A stretch of DNA of 64,000 nucleotides from Candidatus Proelusimicrobium tauri (lineage in GTDB: Bacteria > Elusimicrobiota > Elusimicrobia > Elusimicrobiales > Elusimicrobiaceae): positions 6,112 through 70,111 of the forward strand of contig DBYY01000006.1 in NCBI GenBank assembly GCA_002311025.1, given 5' to 3'. A model generated the notes under the pieces. The model searched no databases and had not been told where the DNA came from. It saw only the letters and a program-made list of their open reading frames with translations. The position numbers and the translations under genes were made by a program. Shown one piece after another: positions 1 to 9,364 of the stretch. Position 1 is the stretch's first letter. Each line of letters starts with the position of its first letter.

Positions 1-1641
1 TCTGTGGAGCAGGATATAAAAGATATTAACCAAACAATTTTAAACCATGTTTTAAATTCCGATAAACAAATGAAGGCGCTTTATGATGAACTTGAAAAAA
101 AACCCACCGGTTTACGCCTTGCCGAAATTTACGATCAACTTGACACTCTGGGCGCGCACAGCGCACCGGCACGCGCAAGCGCCATACTTAGCGGGCTTGG
201 CTTTAGCGAACAAGATCTAAACAAACCTTTAAAAGAGTTTTCCGGCGGTTGGCGTATGCGTGCGGCACTGGCGGCTGCTTTATTTATGCCTTCCGATTGT
301 TTACTTTTGGATGAACCGACAAATCACCTTGACCTTGAAACCTCTATCTGGCTTGAAGATTGCCTTGAAAAACTTGATAAAACCCTAATAATTATCAGCC
401 ACGATAGAGAAATCTTAAATAAAATTTGCGATAAAATAATTTTAGTTGACGAGTGCAAACTAAAAGTCTTTAACGGAAATTATGATTCTTATGAACGCCA
501 ACGCCACGAACAAACAGAGCAAATTATAAAAGACGCCAAAAGATACGAAGAAACCCGCCGTCATCTTCAGGCCTTTGTAGATAGATTTAGAGCAAAAGCC
601 ACCAAAGCAAAACAGGCGCAAAGCCGTTTAAAAATGCTTGAAAGACTTGGCGACGCTCCCAAAATACCGCTTGAAAGAAGTGTGCGTTTTACTTTCCCCG
701 AGGCACAAGTTTTAGATTCTTATTTGTTTACGCTTGAAAATGTGTCTTGCGGATACGGCGATAAAACAGTTTTAAAAGATATAAATTTAAGTATTTCCCA
801 AGATGATAAAATTGCTTTACTTGGGGCAAACGGAAACGGTAAATCAACTTTTGCCAAACTTTTAAGCGGACACATTTTTGCCCAAAGCGGCAAAATGACT
901 TATGCGCGTAAATTAAAAATTGCCTATTTTGCCCAGCATCAAACCGAACTTTTAGACATTGAAAAAACCCCTTATGAACTAGCGCGTGAAAAAATGCTTG
1001 AAACAAAAGAAGCCCAAGTTTATACTCATCTTGCTTCTTTCGGTTTAGAAAAATCTAAAGCAGATACCGTTGTTGAAAAACTTTCAGGCGGGGAAAAGAG
1101 CAGACTTTTACTTTCTTTAATTACAATAGAAAATCCTCATATTTTAATTCTTGACGAACCCACAAACCACCTTGATATAGTTTCAAGGCGTGCCTTGATA
1201 GAGGCGCTAAATGATTACAACGGCGCTGTTATTTTAGTTACGCACGATTTTCATATTATTGAAGCCGTCTGCGATAGACTTTTGCTTGTGGAAAATCATC
1301 AAATCTCTTCTTATGACGGTGATATGGAAGATTATAAAAATTATATTTTACGAAATTGGGGTAAAGTTTCCGATAAAGAACGTGCACAAGGCGGCGCACA
1401 GGCACAAAAACGCCGCGCGGCAGCGCAACTGCGCGCCCAAGTTGCACCTCTAAAAAAGGAAATGAAGAATCTTGAAAAGAAACTTGAAACCCTAACCAAA
1501 CAAAAGGAAATGCTTGAAAAAAGTTTAATACAAAATTTTGATAGTCAGTTAAGTATAGAACTTGCGTTTTTAAATAAGGAGATTAGCGAAACGGAAAATA
1601 AGTGGCTTGATTTATCCGGCCAACTGGAACCTTTGCTATAA
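1..1641 (+). CDS. ABC-F family ATPase (5' end cut by window edge)
   Basis: The frame is open to base 1. NBD1 has the signature FSGGWRMR and Walker B LLLDEPTNHLD but no Walker A, which lies off-window. NBD2 is complete (GANGNGKST, LSGGEKSR, ILILDEPTNHLD). There are no TM segments, and the C-terminal K/E coiled coil is typical of ABC-F. Confidence 0.9.
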   Translation, partial: SVEQDIKDINQTILNHVLNSDKQMKALYDELEKKPTGLRLAEIYDQLDTLGAHSAPARASAILSGLGFSEQDLNKPLKEFSGGWRMRAALAAALFMPSDCLLLDEPTNHLDLETSIWLEDCLEKLDKTLIIISHDREILNKICDKIILVDECKLKVFNGNYDSYERQRHEQTEQIIKDAKRYEETRRHLQAFVDRFRAKATKAKQAQSRLKMLERLGDAPKIPLERSVRFTFPEAQVLDSYLFTLENVSCGYGDKTVLKDINLSISQDDKIALLGANGNGKSTFAKLLSGHIFAQSGKMTYARKLKIAYFAQHQTELLDIEKTPYELAREKMLETKEAQVYTHLASFGLEKSKADTVVEKLSGGEKSRLLLSLITIENPHILILDEPTNHLDIVSRRALIEALNDYNGAVILVTHDFHIIEAVCDRLLLVENHQISSYDGDMEDYKNYILRNWGKVSDKERAQGGAQAQKRRAAAQLRAQVAPLKKEMKNLEKKLETLTKQKEMLEKSLIQNFDSQLSIELAFLNKEISETENKWLDLSGQLEPLL

Positions 1642-1648
1642 TATATTT

Positions 1649-2695
1649 ATGAGAATAAATAGCACAAAACTAAAAAATTTAAGAAATTTACTCAAAAGAA
1701 ATAACCTTGAAGGTCTTATTGTATACGATTATACCGATATAAAATACTTTCTTGGAGAGTTTTTTAACGACGGTGAAGCCGTTTTACTTATCACTTTAAA
1801 AAATATAATAGTCATTGCCCGCAGTTTATACGAAAGTCCTTTTAAGAAGAAATTTAAAGAGGCACTTTTTATCAGCGAAGATAAAAACCGTCCTTTAGCC
1901 CTTGTTGAAGAAGCAAAAAAATTAAAACTAAAAAAACTTGCTTTTGATGCAAATAAAGAGTTTTACTTTGCTGCTAAAATCTATCTTAAGGCGGGTTTTA
2001 AAGAAACTTCTTCCCTTGTTTCCTATTTAAGAACAACAAAGACCGAAGAAGAACTTAAACTTATGCGCAAGGCAACGCAAATTTCAATGACGGCTTTTAA
2101 AAATATTCAAAAATATGTCAAAACAGGTATAACCGAACTAGAATTAAAACGTAAACTTGAAGACGAAATGACCAGACTTGGCGGGGAAGGTTTATCTTTT
2201 GATATGCGCGTATCTTTTGGGGCAAATACGGCAAATCCGCACCACGTTTGCGACGGCACAAAATTGACCAAAAATACGGCTGTTTTATTTGATTGGGGTG
2301 CTAAATATCAAGATTATTGCGCCGATATGACGCGCTCGTTTTGGTTCGGTCCAAATGCGCCCAAAGAATATACAACAATTTTATCTTTGGTAAAAAAAGC
2401 ACACGATAAAGCCGCAAAAGAAGCAAAATATAAAATGAGCGGCGCTCAAATTGATAAGATTTCCCGCGATGTTATTGAAAAAGCCAGTTACGGCAAATAT
2501 TTTACCCACAGAACAGGGCACGGTATCGGTATGCAAGATCACGAACTTGCCGATATCAGCCAAATCAATAATGAACCTATTTTGGATAATTATTGCTTCA
2601 GTATTGAACCGGGTATTTATCTTGAAGGAAAATACGGCGTTCGTTGGGAAGATTGCTTTTATATGACTAAAAAAGGAATAAAACAAATAAAATGA
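1649..2695 (+). CDS. M24B Xaa-Pro peptidase, copy 1
   Basis: ATG 1649 lies just after the ABC-F stop. The pita-bread metal ligands are present: D (VLFDWG), D (CADMTR), H (HRTGHGIG), E (FSIEPG), E (VRWED). Confidence 0.85.
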   Translation: MRINSTKLKNLRNLLKRNNLEGLIVYDYTDIKYFLGEFFNDGEAVLLITLKNIIVIARSLYESPFKKKFKEALFISEDKNRPLALVEEAKKLKLKKLAFDANKEFYFAAKIYLKAGFKETSSLVSYLRTTKTEEELKLMRKATQISMTAFKNIQKYVKTGITELELKRKLEDEMTRLGGEGLSFDMRVSFGANTANPHHVCDGTKLTKNTAVLFDWGAKYQDYCADMTRSFWFGPNAPKEYTTILSLVKKAHDKAAKEAKYKMSGAQIDKISRDVIEKASYGKYFTHRTGHGIGMQDHELADISQINNEPILDNYCFSIEPGIYLEGKYGVRWEDCFYMTKKGIKQIK

Positions 2696-3726
2696 ACGAA
2701 AAATTAAAACAATTCCAACAATTACTTAAAAAGGAAAAATTACAGGCATTTTGTGTCTTGGAAAACGATACCATAAGATATCTTACGGATTTCTTTTTTT
2801 ATAGTCCCGATGATGCTTATTTATTAGTTACGCAAAGTAAAGTTTATTGCTTTACAAAAAAGATGTATTTTGCCGATGTAAAACGCAAAGCACCTTATTT
2901 AACTTTGGTTGAAAGTTTAGATATCAAAGATGTTTGTAAAAAAACATCAAAGTTAAAAAATAAGGCATTTGACCCTACTTTAGCGCCTTATATTCAAGGC
3001 ACGGCACTTTTTAAAGCAGGTTTTAAAACTATGCCTAATTTTTTGGAACTTGCCCAAGAAGTTAAAACCGAAAGTGAGTTAAAAATAATTGCTAAAGCGT
3101 GTCATATTTCGGCTAGTGCCTTTGACCTTTTTAAGGGTCAATTAAAAACAGGTATGAGCGAAAAAGAAGGTGCTGCCTTGCTTGAAAGCATTATGCAAAA
3201 ACTCGGCGGACAAGGCCTTTCTTTTGAAACTATTTTGGCCTTTGGCGAAAATACGGCAAATCCTCATCACGTCAGCAGTGATAGAAAATTAAAACAAAAT
3301 GAACCTGTTTTAGTAGATTTCGGTTGTAAAGTAAAAGGTTATTGCTCCGATATCACAAGAAGTTGGTGGTTTGGTAGCAAAGTTAGCAAAAAGTGGCAGG
3401 AATTATATGATTTGATAAAGGATACCCACGACTACGCGGCAACTCTTGCTAAAGATAATATCCTAGCAAAAACTCTTGATACTGCAGCACGCGATTTTAT
3501 GGATAAAGCCGGCTCTTACAGTGAGGCCTTTATCCATAGTTTAGGTCACGGACTTGGACTTAAAATACACCAAAAACCTTTTTTAAGTCCCAAGAGTCTT
3601 GATTTGCTTAAAACAAATTCCGTCTTTACCATAGAGCCGGGTTTGTATTATGACGGAAAATTCGGTATCAGATACGAAGATACTTATGTTTTAACACCGA
3701 AAGGTGCAAAAATTTTAACAAAATAA
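2692..3726 (+). CDS. M24B Xaa-Pro peptidase, copy 2 (paralog)
   Basis: An ATGA overlap couples it to copy 1. It has the same ligand set: VLVDFG, CSDITR, HSLGHGLG, FTIEPG, IRYED. Confidence 0.85.
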   Translation: MNEKLKQFQQLLKKEKLQAFCVLENDTIRYLTDFFFYSPDDAYLLVTQSKVYCFTKKMYFADVKRKAPYLTLVESLDIKDVCKKTSKLKNKAFDPTLAPYIQGTALFKAGFKTMPNFLELAQEVKTESELKIIAKACHISASAFDLFKGQLKTGMSEKEGAALLESIMQKLGGQGLSFETILAFGENTANPHHVSSDRKLKQNEPVLVDFGCKVKGYCSDITRSWWFGSKVSKKWQELYDLIKDTHDYAATLAKDNILAKTLDTAARDFMDKAGSYSEAFIHSLGHGLGLKIHQKPFLSPKSLDLLKTNSVFTIEPGLYYDGKFGIRYEDTYVLTPKGAKILTK

Positions 3727-3738
3727 AAAGGAGAAATT

Positions 3739-4305
3739 ATGATTGGAACACCAGACTTTAGAGAAGGTCTAATTTTTGAAAATGAAAACGGAGAAATGGT
3801 AGAAATTATTGAATACCAACATCACCGCAAAAGTCAGGCAAGGGCCGTTGTCCGCGTAAAACTTCGCAATTTAAACACCGGTTCAATTATTGAAACAAGT
3901 TATCGCCCCGAAGATAAATTTAAAGAAATTGAAATTGAAAAACGCCCGCACAGTTATCTTTATAAAGAAGGCGATATGGTTTATTTTATGGACTCAACCA
4001 CCTTCGAACAAATTGCAGTTCCGGCGGAAAAACTTAAACAACAACTCAAATACTTAATTGATAATATGGAAGTTATGGGCTTGTTTATTGAAGGACAACT
4101 CTTCAATATCGAATTGCCGATAAAAGTTGATTTGAAGGTCGTTTCCACCGTTCCCGGCGTAAAAGGCGATACCGTTGCCAATATGACAAAGCCGGCCACC
4201 CTTGAATCCGGTCTTGAAATTAAAGTTCCTTTGTTTATTAACGAAGGCGATAAAATCCGCATAGATACCCGTACCGATTCTTATGTGGAAAGAGTTAATG
4301 AATAA
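3739..4305 (+). CDS. efp: Elongation factor P
   Basis: 188 aa with an aggaga RBS. It has the three-domain EF-P pattern (…VRVKLRNLNTGS…, KVPLFINEGDKIRIDTRTDSYVERV). The tip loop reads HHRKSQAR instead of VKPGKGxA. Confidence 0.9.
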   Translation: MIGTPDFREGLIFENENGEMVEIIEYQHHRKSQARAVVRVKLRNLNTGSIIETSYRPEDKFKEIEIEKRPHSYLYKEGDMVYFMDSTTFEQIAVPAEKLKQQLKYLIDNMEVMGLFIEGQLFNIELPIKVDLKVVSTVPGVKGDTVANMTKPATLESGLEIKVPLFINEGDKIRIDTRTDSYVERVNE

Positions 4306-4831
4306 ACTTTTAATTTTTGTCTTGCTGTTTTTGCCGTCTTATGCTTTTTGTTCACTAGAGGTAAGTGCGGTCAAAAAACAGCAAGATAAAGATTATACAA
4401 TAACTTTTTGTAAGTTATTTAAGATAGAAAATATCGCTTTAGAGAAAAAGTCTTTCGGCCCGGTTTTACAAATGCCGCGCGAAATAGGCGGTTATAAAAA
4501 CCTTGCCATAACATCTAAAGATTTAGATTTAAAAATAAAAGATATTCTTGAAGACAGGGCAAAAATAAGTCCTAAAAATTCTTGTTCTTTACCGGTTTTA
4601 AAAATGGTTTCTGCAAGAAAAATAAAAGAATCTTCAAGTGTACTTTGCCAAATAAGTTTTGACGATAGTTTAGACATTATTGTTTTTGCTTCAAAATATA
4701 AAAAAGGCAAAAAGGAAATTTATAGGGTTTCATACCCGCAAGATTTTAAAATCTTAGATAAAAAATACAAAGCGCAAGTACGCAGTTTTATTTTGAAAAA
4801 TACAAAAGCGCTTTTAGATGAAAAAATATGA
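4298..4831 (+). CDS. Secreted hypothetical protein (two internally similar halves)
   Basis: Signal peptide MNKLLIFVLLFLPSYAFC. The start could be 4283 or 4298. The halves weakly resemble the SpoVG fold pattern (…LQMPREIGGYKNLAI… / …YRVSYPQDFKIL…). Confidence 0.55.
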   Translation: MNKLLIFVLLFLPSYAFCSLEVSAVKKQQDKDYTITFCKLFKIENIALEKKSFGPVLQMPREIGGYKNLAITSKDLDLKIKDILEDRAKISPKNSCSLPVLKMVSARKIKESSSVLCQISFDDSLDIIVFASKYKKGKKEIYRVSYPQDFKILDKKYKAQVRSFILKNTKALLDEKI

Positions 4832-5166
4832 AATGTAAAAATGCCCGAACAGGCAAAATTATCGCAGATAATTTAGAGATGAAAGAAACTTTTTTCGGTC
4901 GTCTTGTCGGGTTGCTCGGCACAAAAAGTTTAAAAACGGGGGAAGGTATTGTTTTAAAACCCTGTAATTCTATTCATACTTGTTTTATGCGTTTTGCTAT
5001 TGATGCGGTTTTTATCTCAAAAGATTTTAAAGTTTTAAGAATTATAAAGAATATGAGGACTTGGAAATTTAGTCCAATAGTGCTAAAATCTTTATATACG
5101 TTGGAAGTCGCCGCGGGGGAAATTAAAGACTTAAAAGAAGGCGACACAGTTGAATTTATAAAGTAG
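4828..5166 (+). CDS. DUF192 family protein
   Basis: An ATGA overlap couples it to the upstream gene. The sequence pattern is FFGRLVGLLG…GEGIVLKPCNSIHTCFMRFAIDAVF…YTLEVAAG. Confidence 0.75.
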   Translation: MKCKNARTGKIIADNLEMKETFFGRLVGLLGTKSLKTGEGIVLKPCNSIHTCFMRFAIDAVFISKDFKVLRIIKNMRTWKFSPIVLKSLYTLEVAAGEIKDLKEGDTVEFIK

Positions 5167-5174
5167 GAAAATTT

Positions 5175-5900
5175 ATGAAGAAAATTATTTTATTTTTATC
5201 TCTTATTTCTTGTGCTTTTGCGCTAAATGCAAAAGAACTTCGTTTTGATGATTTTTCAACCTATGCAACGGCGCAAAATGTCCGCCATTTTGCAAAGGAT
5301 GTCAGTGGCCTTTTAGGTTCTTCAAGTTATACCACAGGGCGCATTTTAGGTTGGGGTGGTTTTCAACTTTCCGCGCATAATGTCTATATGTTCCGCCCGA
5401 ATAAAAAAGATACTGCTTTTGGCACTGATAGTGCCGGCAAGTTTATGCCTTTAGTTCAAGGTGAAATCGGTTTGCCCTTCCGTTTAGACGGTTTTATCCG
5501 CGCTACTTCTTGGGATGGTCTTACAATTGCCGGCGGCGGTCTTAAATGGGGTATAACCAAACCGACAGAAATTTTATATTCCTTCCAACCTATGCTTATT
5601 ATTATGGCGCAAAACGGCGTACACCGCGATTTCAGCATTACCCAATACAGTGCAAGTTTGGCGCTTTCTTTCAAAACGCCTTATGTCGTTCCTTATATCG
5701 GGGGCGGTGTTGATTATTCCAAACTTACCATTGAAAGTGCCGACGATTCTTCTTTAATCGGCAAAAGGGAATTTGTTACCACACCTAAAGCCGTTGTCGG
5801 TCTTAACTTTAAATTACCTGCTTATTTAGATTTAAGCATTGCCGCAAATTATGCTTACTATGGAGTTGGTGCCGAAATGTCTTTGGGTGTAAGATTTTAA
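5175..5900 (+). CDS. Outer-membrane beta-barrel protein
   Basis: Signal peptide ending AFA|LNA, alternating amphipathic strands, and a C-terminal …SLGVRF. Confidence 0.7.
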   Translation: MKKIILFLSLISCAFALNAKELRFDDFSTYATAQNVRHFAKDVSGLLGSSSYTTGRILGWGGFQLSAHNVYMFRPNKKDTAFGTDSAGKFMPLVQGEIGLPFRLDGFIRATSWDGLTIAGGGLKWGITKPTEILYSFQPMLIIMAQNGVHRDFSITQYSASLALSFKTPYVVPYIGGGVDYSKLTIESADDSSLIGKREFVTTPKAVVGLNFKLPAYLDLSIAANYAYYGVGAEMSLGVRF

Positions 5901-6056
5901 CTTCTTCTTTTGGGTTATTTTAAATTTCTTAGAAATTTCGGATATGCGGGCTTTTTGATATGCTTCGCTCCGCAAAGCACCAGCAAACGCAAAATCCTTG
6001 CTAAAACGATATGCTGTGCTACAAATGTTATAATAAAATAAAAAGGAGAAAAGAAA

Positions 6057-6494
6057 ATGGATGATGTCTATATAGTCCCTGTATTTATATTGGTTTTTTT
6101 GTGTTTTTGGGTTTTTGTATTATTTATAATAAGAAAGATTATGTCCTCTGTTTTTACAGAAAAATATTCTTTATTAAAACAAATATATCCTTATCCTTTA
6201 CATAGTTATGGCTGGTTATCCGGACGTTTTAAGGGGATGATATCGGTACGCTTTAATGGATTATTAAAAATAGATGTCTACGAAAATATGATAATTGTAA
6301 GTTCTTTAGGAAAAGGGGTATGTTTGCCTTATAATGAATATATTTTTGAACACAAACAAATTCTATTTTATAATGCTTTAGTTGTTAAAACTTTGCCTAA
6401 ATATGATGAAGATCAAGAAGAACCTAAAACTATTTTAGAGATAAAGTTATCATCAAACAAAATAAATACGATTTTAAGTCTGGCACAAAAATAG
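6057..6494 (+). CDS. Hypothetical membrane protein
   Basis: aaggaga RBS and an N-terminal TM helix. No family was recognised. Confidence 0.5.
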   Translation: MDDVYIVPVFILVFLCFWVFVLFIIRKIMSSVFTEKYSLLKQIYPYPLHSYGWLSGRFKGMISVRFNGLLKIDVYENMIIVSSLGKGVCLPYNEYIFEHKQILFYNALVVKTLPKYDEDQEEPKTILEIKLSSNKINTILSLAQK

Positions 6495-6548
6495 ATTTGT
6501 CTAAAAATTCTATCTGTATCCTTTTAATTTTATATAATTTAAGTCTAA

Positions 6549-6633
6549 GGAGAGGTGTGTGAGTGGTTGAAACAGCAGGTCTCGAAAACCTGTATACCGC
6601 AAGGTATCGAGGGTTCAAATCCCTCCCTCTCCG
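6549..6633 (+). tRNA. tRNA-Ser (anticodon CGA)
   Basis: Acceptor GGAGAGG/CCTCTCC+G, anticodon arm CAGGT-CTCGAAA-ACCTG, long variable arm, T-loop GGTTCAAATCC. CCA is not encoded. Confidence 0.9.
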
Positions 6634-6663
6634 AAAGATTTAATCGTTACTATTTTTTATAAA

Positions 6664-6699
6664 TAAAAAAACACGCTGTCTAAAAACAGCGTGTTTTTC
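6664..6699. terminator. Bidirectional rho-independent terminator
   Basis: The hairpin acacgctgt / acagcgtgt is flanked by an A-run and a T-run. It sits between tRNA-Ser (+) and the SPFH gene (-). Confidence 0.75.
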
Positions 6700-6714
6700 T
6701 ATAAAAGTAATTTT

Positions 6715-7710
6715 TTAATTACCTTGTTTTGCTTTTTGCTCAACAAGTTCTTTTACAGCGCCGACGGCACCCAAGATACCGCTTGCTTCATAAGGCATAA
6801 AGACAAGTTTATTTTGTTTTCCGTCAGTTATTTGTTGCAAGGCCTCAATATATTTAATAGAAATTAAATAATTTGCGGGGTTAGAATAGTTTTTAACATT
6901 GTCTGCGACTATTCTGATAGCATTTGTTTCACCCTCTGCAACTTTCATTTTTGCTTCGGCGATACCTTCCGCTTCCAAGATTCTTGCTTTCTTTTCACCC
7001 TCTGCTTTATTGATGGCGGCTTCTTTCAAACCTTCTGCCTGTAAGATTTGCGCTCTCTTTTGACCTTCCGCTTCCAAAATCATAGCGCGTTTTTCCTGTT
7101 CGGCTTTTTTCTGTTTTTCCATTGCCTCTCTCATAGCGGGCGGGGGGGTAATATCTTGTAATTCAACGCGGTTTACTTTAACACCCCATTTATTAGAGGC
7201 CTCATCAAGAATAACTCTTAATTTTGCGTTAATAGTATCGCGGGAAGATAAGGTTTCATCCAAAGTAAGTTCACCAATGACGTTTCTCAGTGATGTTTGG
7301 GTCAACTTTTCAATAGCCAAAGGCAAAGAAGAAATATTATACACTGCCGCTTTGGAATCTGCTACTTGGAAGTATAACAAAGCGTTAATTTGAACGGTAA
7401 CGTTATCTCTTGTAATAACAGATTGGCTGGGGAAGTCATAAACGTTTTCTCTCATATCAATTCTGTCAACCATTCTTATTGTGGAATAAGAATGAGGCCC
7501 GTTGTCATAAGTGACTTTCCAGGCAATTTCGCGTGGGGAATCTATTAACGGAATGATAAAGTGGATACCTGCTTTTAAGGTTTCACTGTAACTTCCTAAT
7601 CTTTCAATAATCATTTCTTCTGATTGTTGAATAATCCTTACCCCTTTGGCGAGTAAGACTATCCCGAAAACGACAAATATAAACAATACTGTCGCAAGTC
7701 CTGTTACCAT
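6715..7710 (-). CDS. SPFH/band-7 (stomatin-like) protein with long coiled-coil tail
   Basis: N-terminal TM helix, an SPFH core (IIERLG…IHFIIPLID…VKVNRVELQDITPP), and an A/E/K-rich repeat region. Confidence 0.85.
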   Translation of the reverse strand: MVTGLATVLFIFVVFGIVLLAKGVRIIQQSEEMIIERLGSYSETLKAGIHFIIPLIDSPREIAWKVTYDNGPHSYSTIRMVDRIDMRENVYDFPSQSVITRDNVTVQINALLYFQVADSKAAVYNISSLPLAIEKLTQTSLRNVIGELTLDETLSSRDTINAKLRVILDEASNKWGVKVNRVELQDITPPPAMREAMEKQKKAEQEKRAMILEAEGQKRAQILQAEGLKEAAINKAEGEKKARILEAEGIAEAKMKVAEGETNAIRIVADNVKNYSNPANYLISIKYIEALQQITDGKQNKLVFMPYEASGILGAVGAVKELVEQKAKQGN

Positions 7711-7747
7711 CTTTTACATCCTCCTTATTACTTTTAATTTACAAATT

Positions 7748-8305
7748 CTATTTTATGTTTCTCAGTTCTACTTTATTTATTTTTACTCCGAATTTTTTTG
7801 CTTTTTCGTTAAGAATTTCCCAAAGTTTATTTTCGGTAACGGAGTAAATACCCTGTATAATATCTTCGCTGATATCTTTACTTTTCAAAGCGGAAGATAT
7901 TATTTCTTCAAAGACTCTTGGCAGGGAACTAATTTCATAAGTCAGCGCTATGGCTTCTTCCACTGTAAAATAAACCAAGACATCAATTTCTATTTTGGAA
8001 TAATCTTTTGTTAGAATCGGTTGCTTTAGAAAATAAAAAATATTTTCACCAAGCGGAATTGTATTTACGTTTTTTGTTACGCAGTAAGATTTTCCGTTTT
8101 TATCTTTTTCAATAAATTGCCAAGGTATAGTCCTTGTAGAATCTATTATCGGTATTATAAAGTGAAGTCCGGGGAGGAGTTTTCCAAGATAAGCACCGAG
8201 TCTTTCAATTATCATTACTTCACCGGGGTGAACAATTTTAATACCCTTTAAAATCATCATTACCAAAATAATAATTAGAAAAACTAAAATACCTAACCGA
8301 ATCAT
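7748..8305 (-). CDS. Short SPFH-domain paralog (no coiled-coil tail)
   Basis: N-terminal TM helix, then IIERLGAYLGKLLPGLHFIIPIID…VKINKVELRNIK. It aligns with the gene downstream. Confidence 0.75.
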   Translation of the reverse strand: MIRLGILVFLIIILVMMILKGIKIVHPGEVMIIERLGAYLGKLLPGLHFIIPIIDSTRTIPWQFIEKDKNGKSYCVTKNVNTIPLGENIFYFLKQPILTKDYSKIEIDVLVYFTVEEAIALTYEISSLPRVFEEIISSALKSKDISEDIIQGIYSVTENKLWEILNEKAKKFGVKINKVELRNIK

Positions 8306-8314
8306 TTATTCTCC

Positions 8315-8443
8315 TTATTTCTTATTATTTTTCATCTTAAAAATAATTTTTTCAAATTTTTTCTGATGTCTTAACACGTATAATATGAATAGAAAAAACG
8401 AAATTATTATGGTTAAGAGAAGTAAAGGTAGTATTGTTGTCAT
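8315..8443 (-). CDS. Unlisted 42-aa single-TM microprotein
   Basis: My translation is MTTILPLLLLTIIISFFLFILYVLRHQKKFEKIIFKMKNNKK*. Its ATG overlaps the NfeD stop (TAATG), and its stop lies just upstream of the GGAG RBS of the short SPFH gene. Confidence 0.5.
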   Translation of the reverse strand: MTTILPLLLLTIIISFFLFILYVLRHQKKFEKIIFKMKNNKK

Positions 8444-8859
8444 TATTTCTTATCAACAATTAAGGTAATTCCTTCTATTTTCTTTGCTTCTACAGTATCG
8501 CCAACTTTTAAAGTTTCTTTGGCTTTAACTTCCCAAATATCGGCATCGCTTTTTATATAGGCTTTATCGCCTTTAACTTCTGTGACTTTGAAAGTTTTAC
8601 CGATTAAAGAATCAACGGCGCTGGCCACCGGTTGTTTATTTTTAAAAAAGTATCTTAAAGCGATAGGTCTTAAAGTCATAAAGAGTATAAGCACGCTTAT
8701 GCCCATAGCACCGAGTTGCCAATAAATACTAGTTCCCATATAAGAAAACAATCCTGCTACAAAGGCGGAAATACCGACACAACTCAAACTGAAATCAGCA
8801 GTAAAAATTTCCCCGATTAAACAGAGAAAACCTAAAATAAGCCAAACAGTATAAGGCAT
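8443..8859 (-). CDS. NfeD-family membrane protein
   Basis: Three TM helices plus a C-terminal OB-like segment (GKTFKVTEV…IWEVKAKETLKVGDTVEAKKIEGITLIV). It lies upstream of the SPFH genes. Confidence 0.8.
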   Translation of the reverse strand: MPYTVWLILGFLCLIGEIFTADFSLSCVGISAFVAGLFSYMGTSIYWQLGAMGISVLILFMTLRPIALRYFFKNKQPVASAVDSLIGKTFKVTEVKGDKAYIKSDADIWEVKAKETLKVGDTVEAKKIEGITLIVDKK

Positions 8860-8902
8860 TTATATCCTCCTATAAATTACATCAAGATATATAAATTATA
8901 TA

Positions 8903-9364
8903 TTATTTTGCTATATTATTTTCAATAATTTTTTCGGTAGAGATTTTTAAGATAGGGTGCAAGTGTTTGGGGGCAATTTCAAGCATACCTTTCATAACAA
9001 ACATACGCTCATGCGCGCGGGGATGGGGGATAGTTAAGTTTTGCGTGTTTAAGATAATATCGTCGTAGTAAATTATATCCAAGTCAATTATACGCGGGCC
9101 GTCTTTAAAAGTTTTTTTGCGGCCCATTTCCTTTTCAATTTCTTTTAATTTTTTAAGTAAATCTTGAGGCGTAAGTTCCGTTTCAATCAAACAAACGCCG
9201 TTTAAAAAATCCGCCTGCTGTAAAAAGCCTTGCGGTTTTGTTGTATAAAAGGAACTGATTTTTTCTATTTCAGTGAATTTTGCCAATTTTTCTAAAGCAG
9301 TGTTTAAATTCTCTTGTAAATTGCCTATATTTGAACCAAACGCAATAAAAACTTTACTCTTCAT
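8903..9364 (-). CDS. folK: HPPK (6-hydroxymethyl-dihydropterin pyrophosphokinase)
   Basis: VFIAFGSNIGN…, RIIDLDIIYY, PHPRAHERMFV. The start is ATG 9364, or GTG 9373. Confidence 0.85.
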   Translation of the reverse strand: MKSKVFIAFGSNIGNLQENLNTALEKLAKFTEIEKISSFYTTKPQGFLQQADFLNGVCLIETELTPQDLLKKLKEIEKEMGRKKTFKDGPRIIDLDIIYYDDIILNTQNLTIPHPRAHERMFVMKGMLEIAPKHLHPILKISTEKIIENNIAK

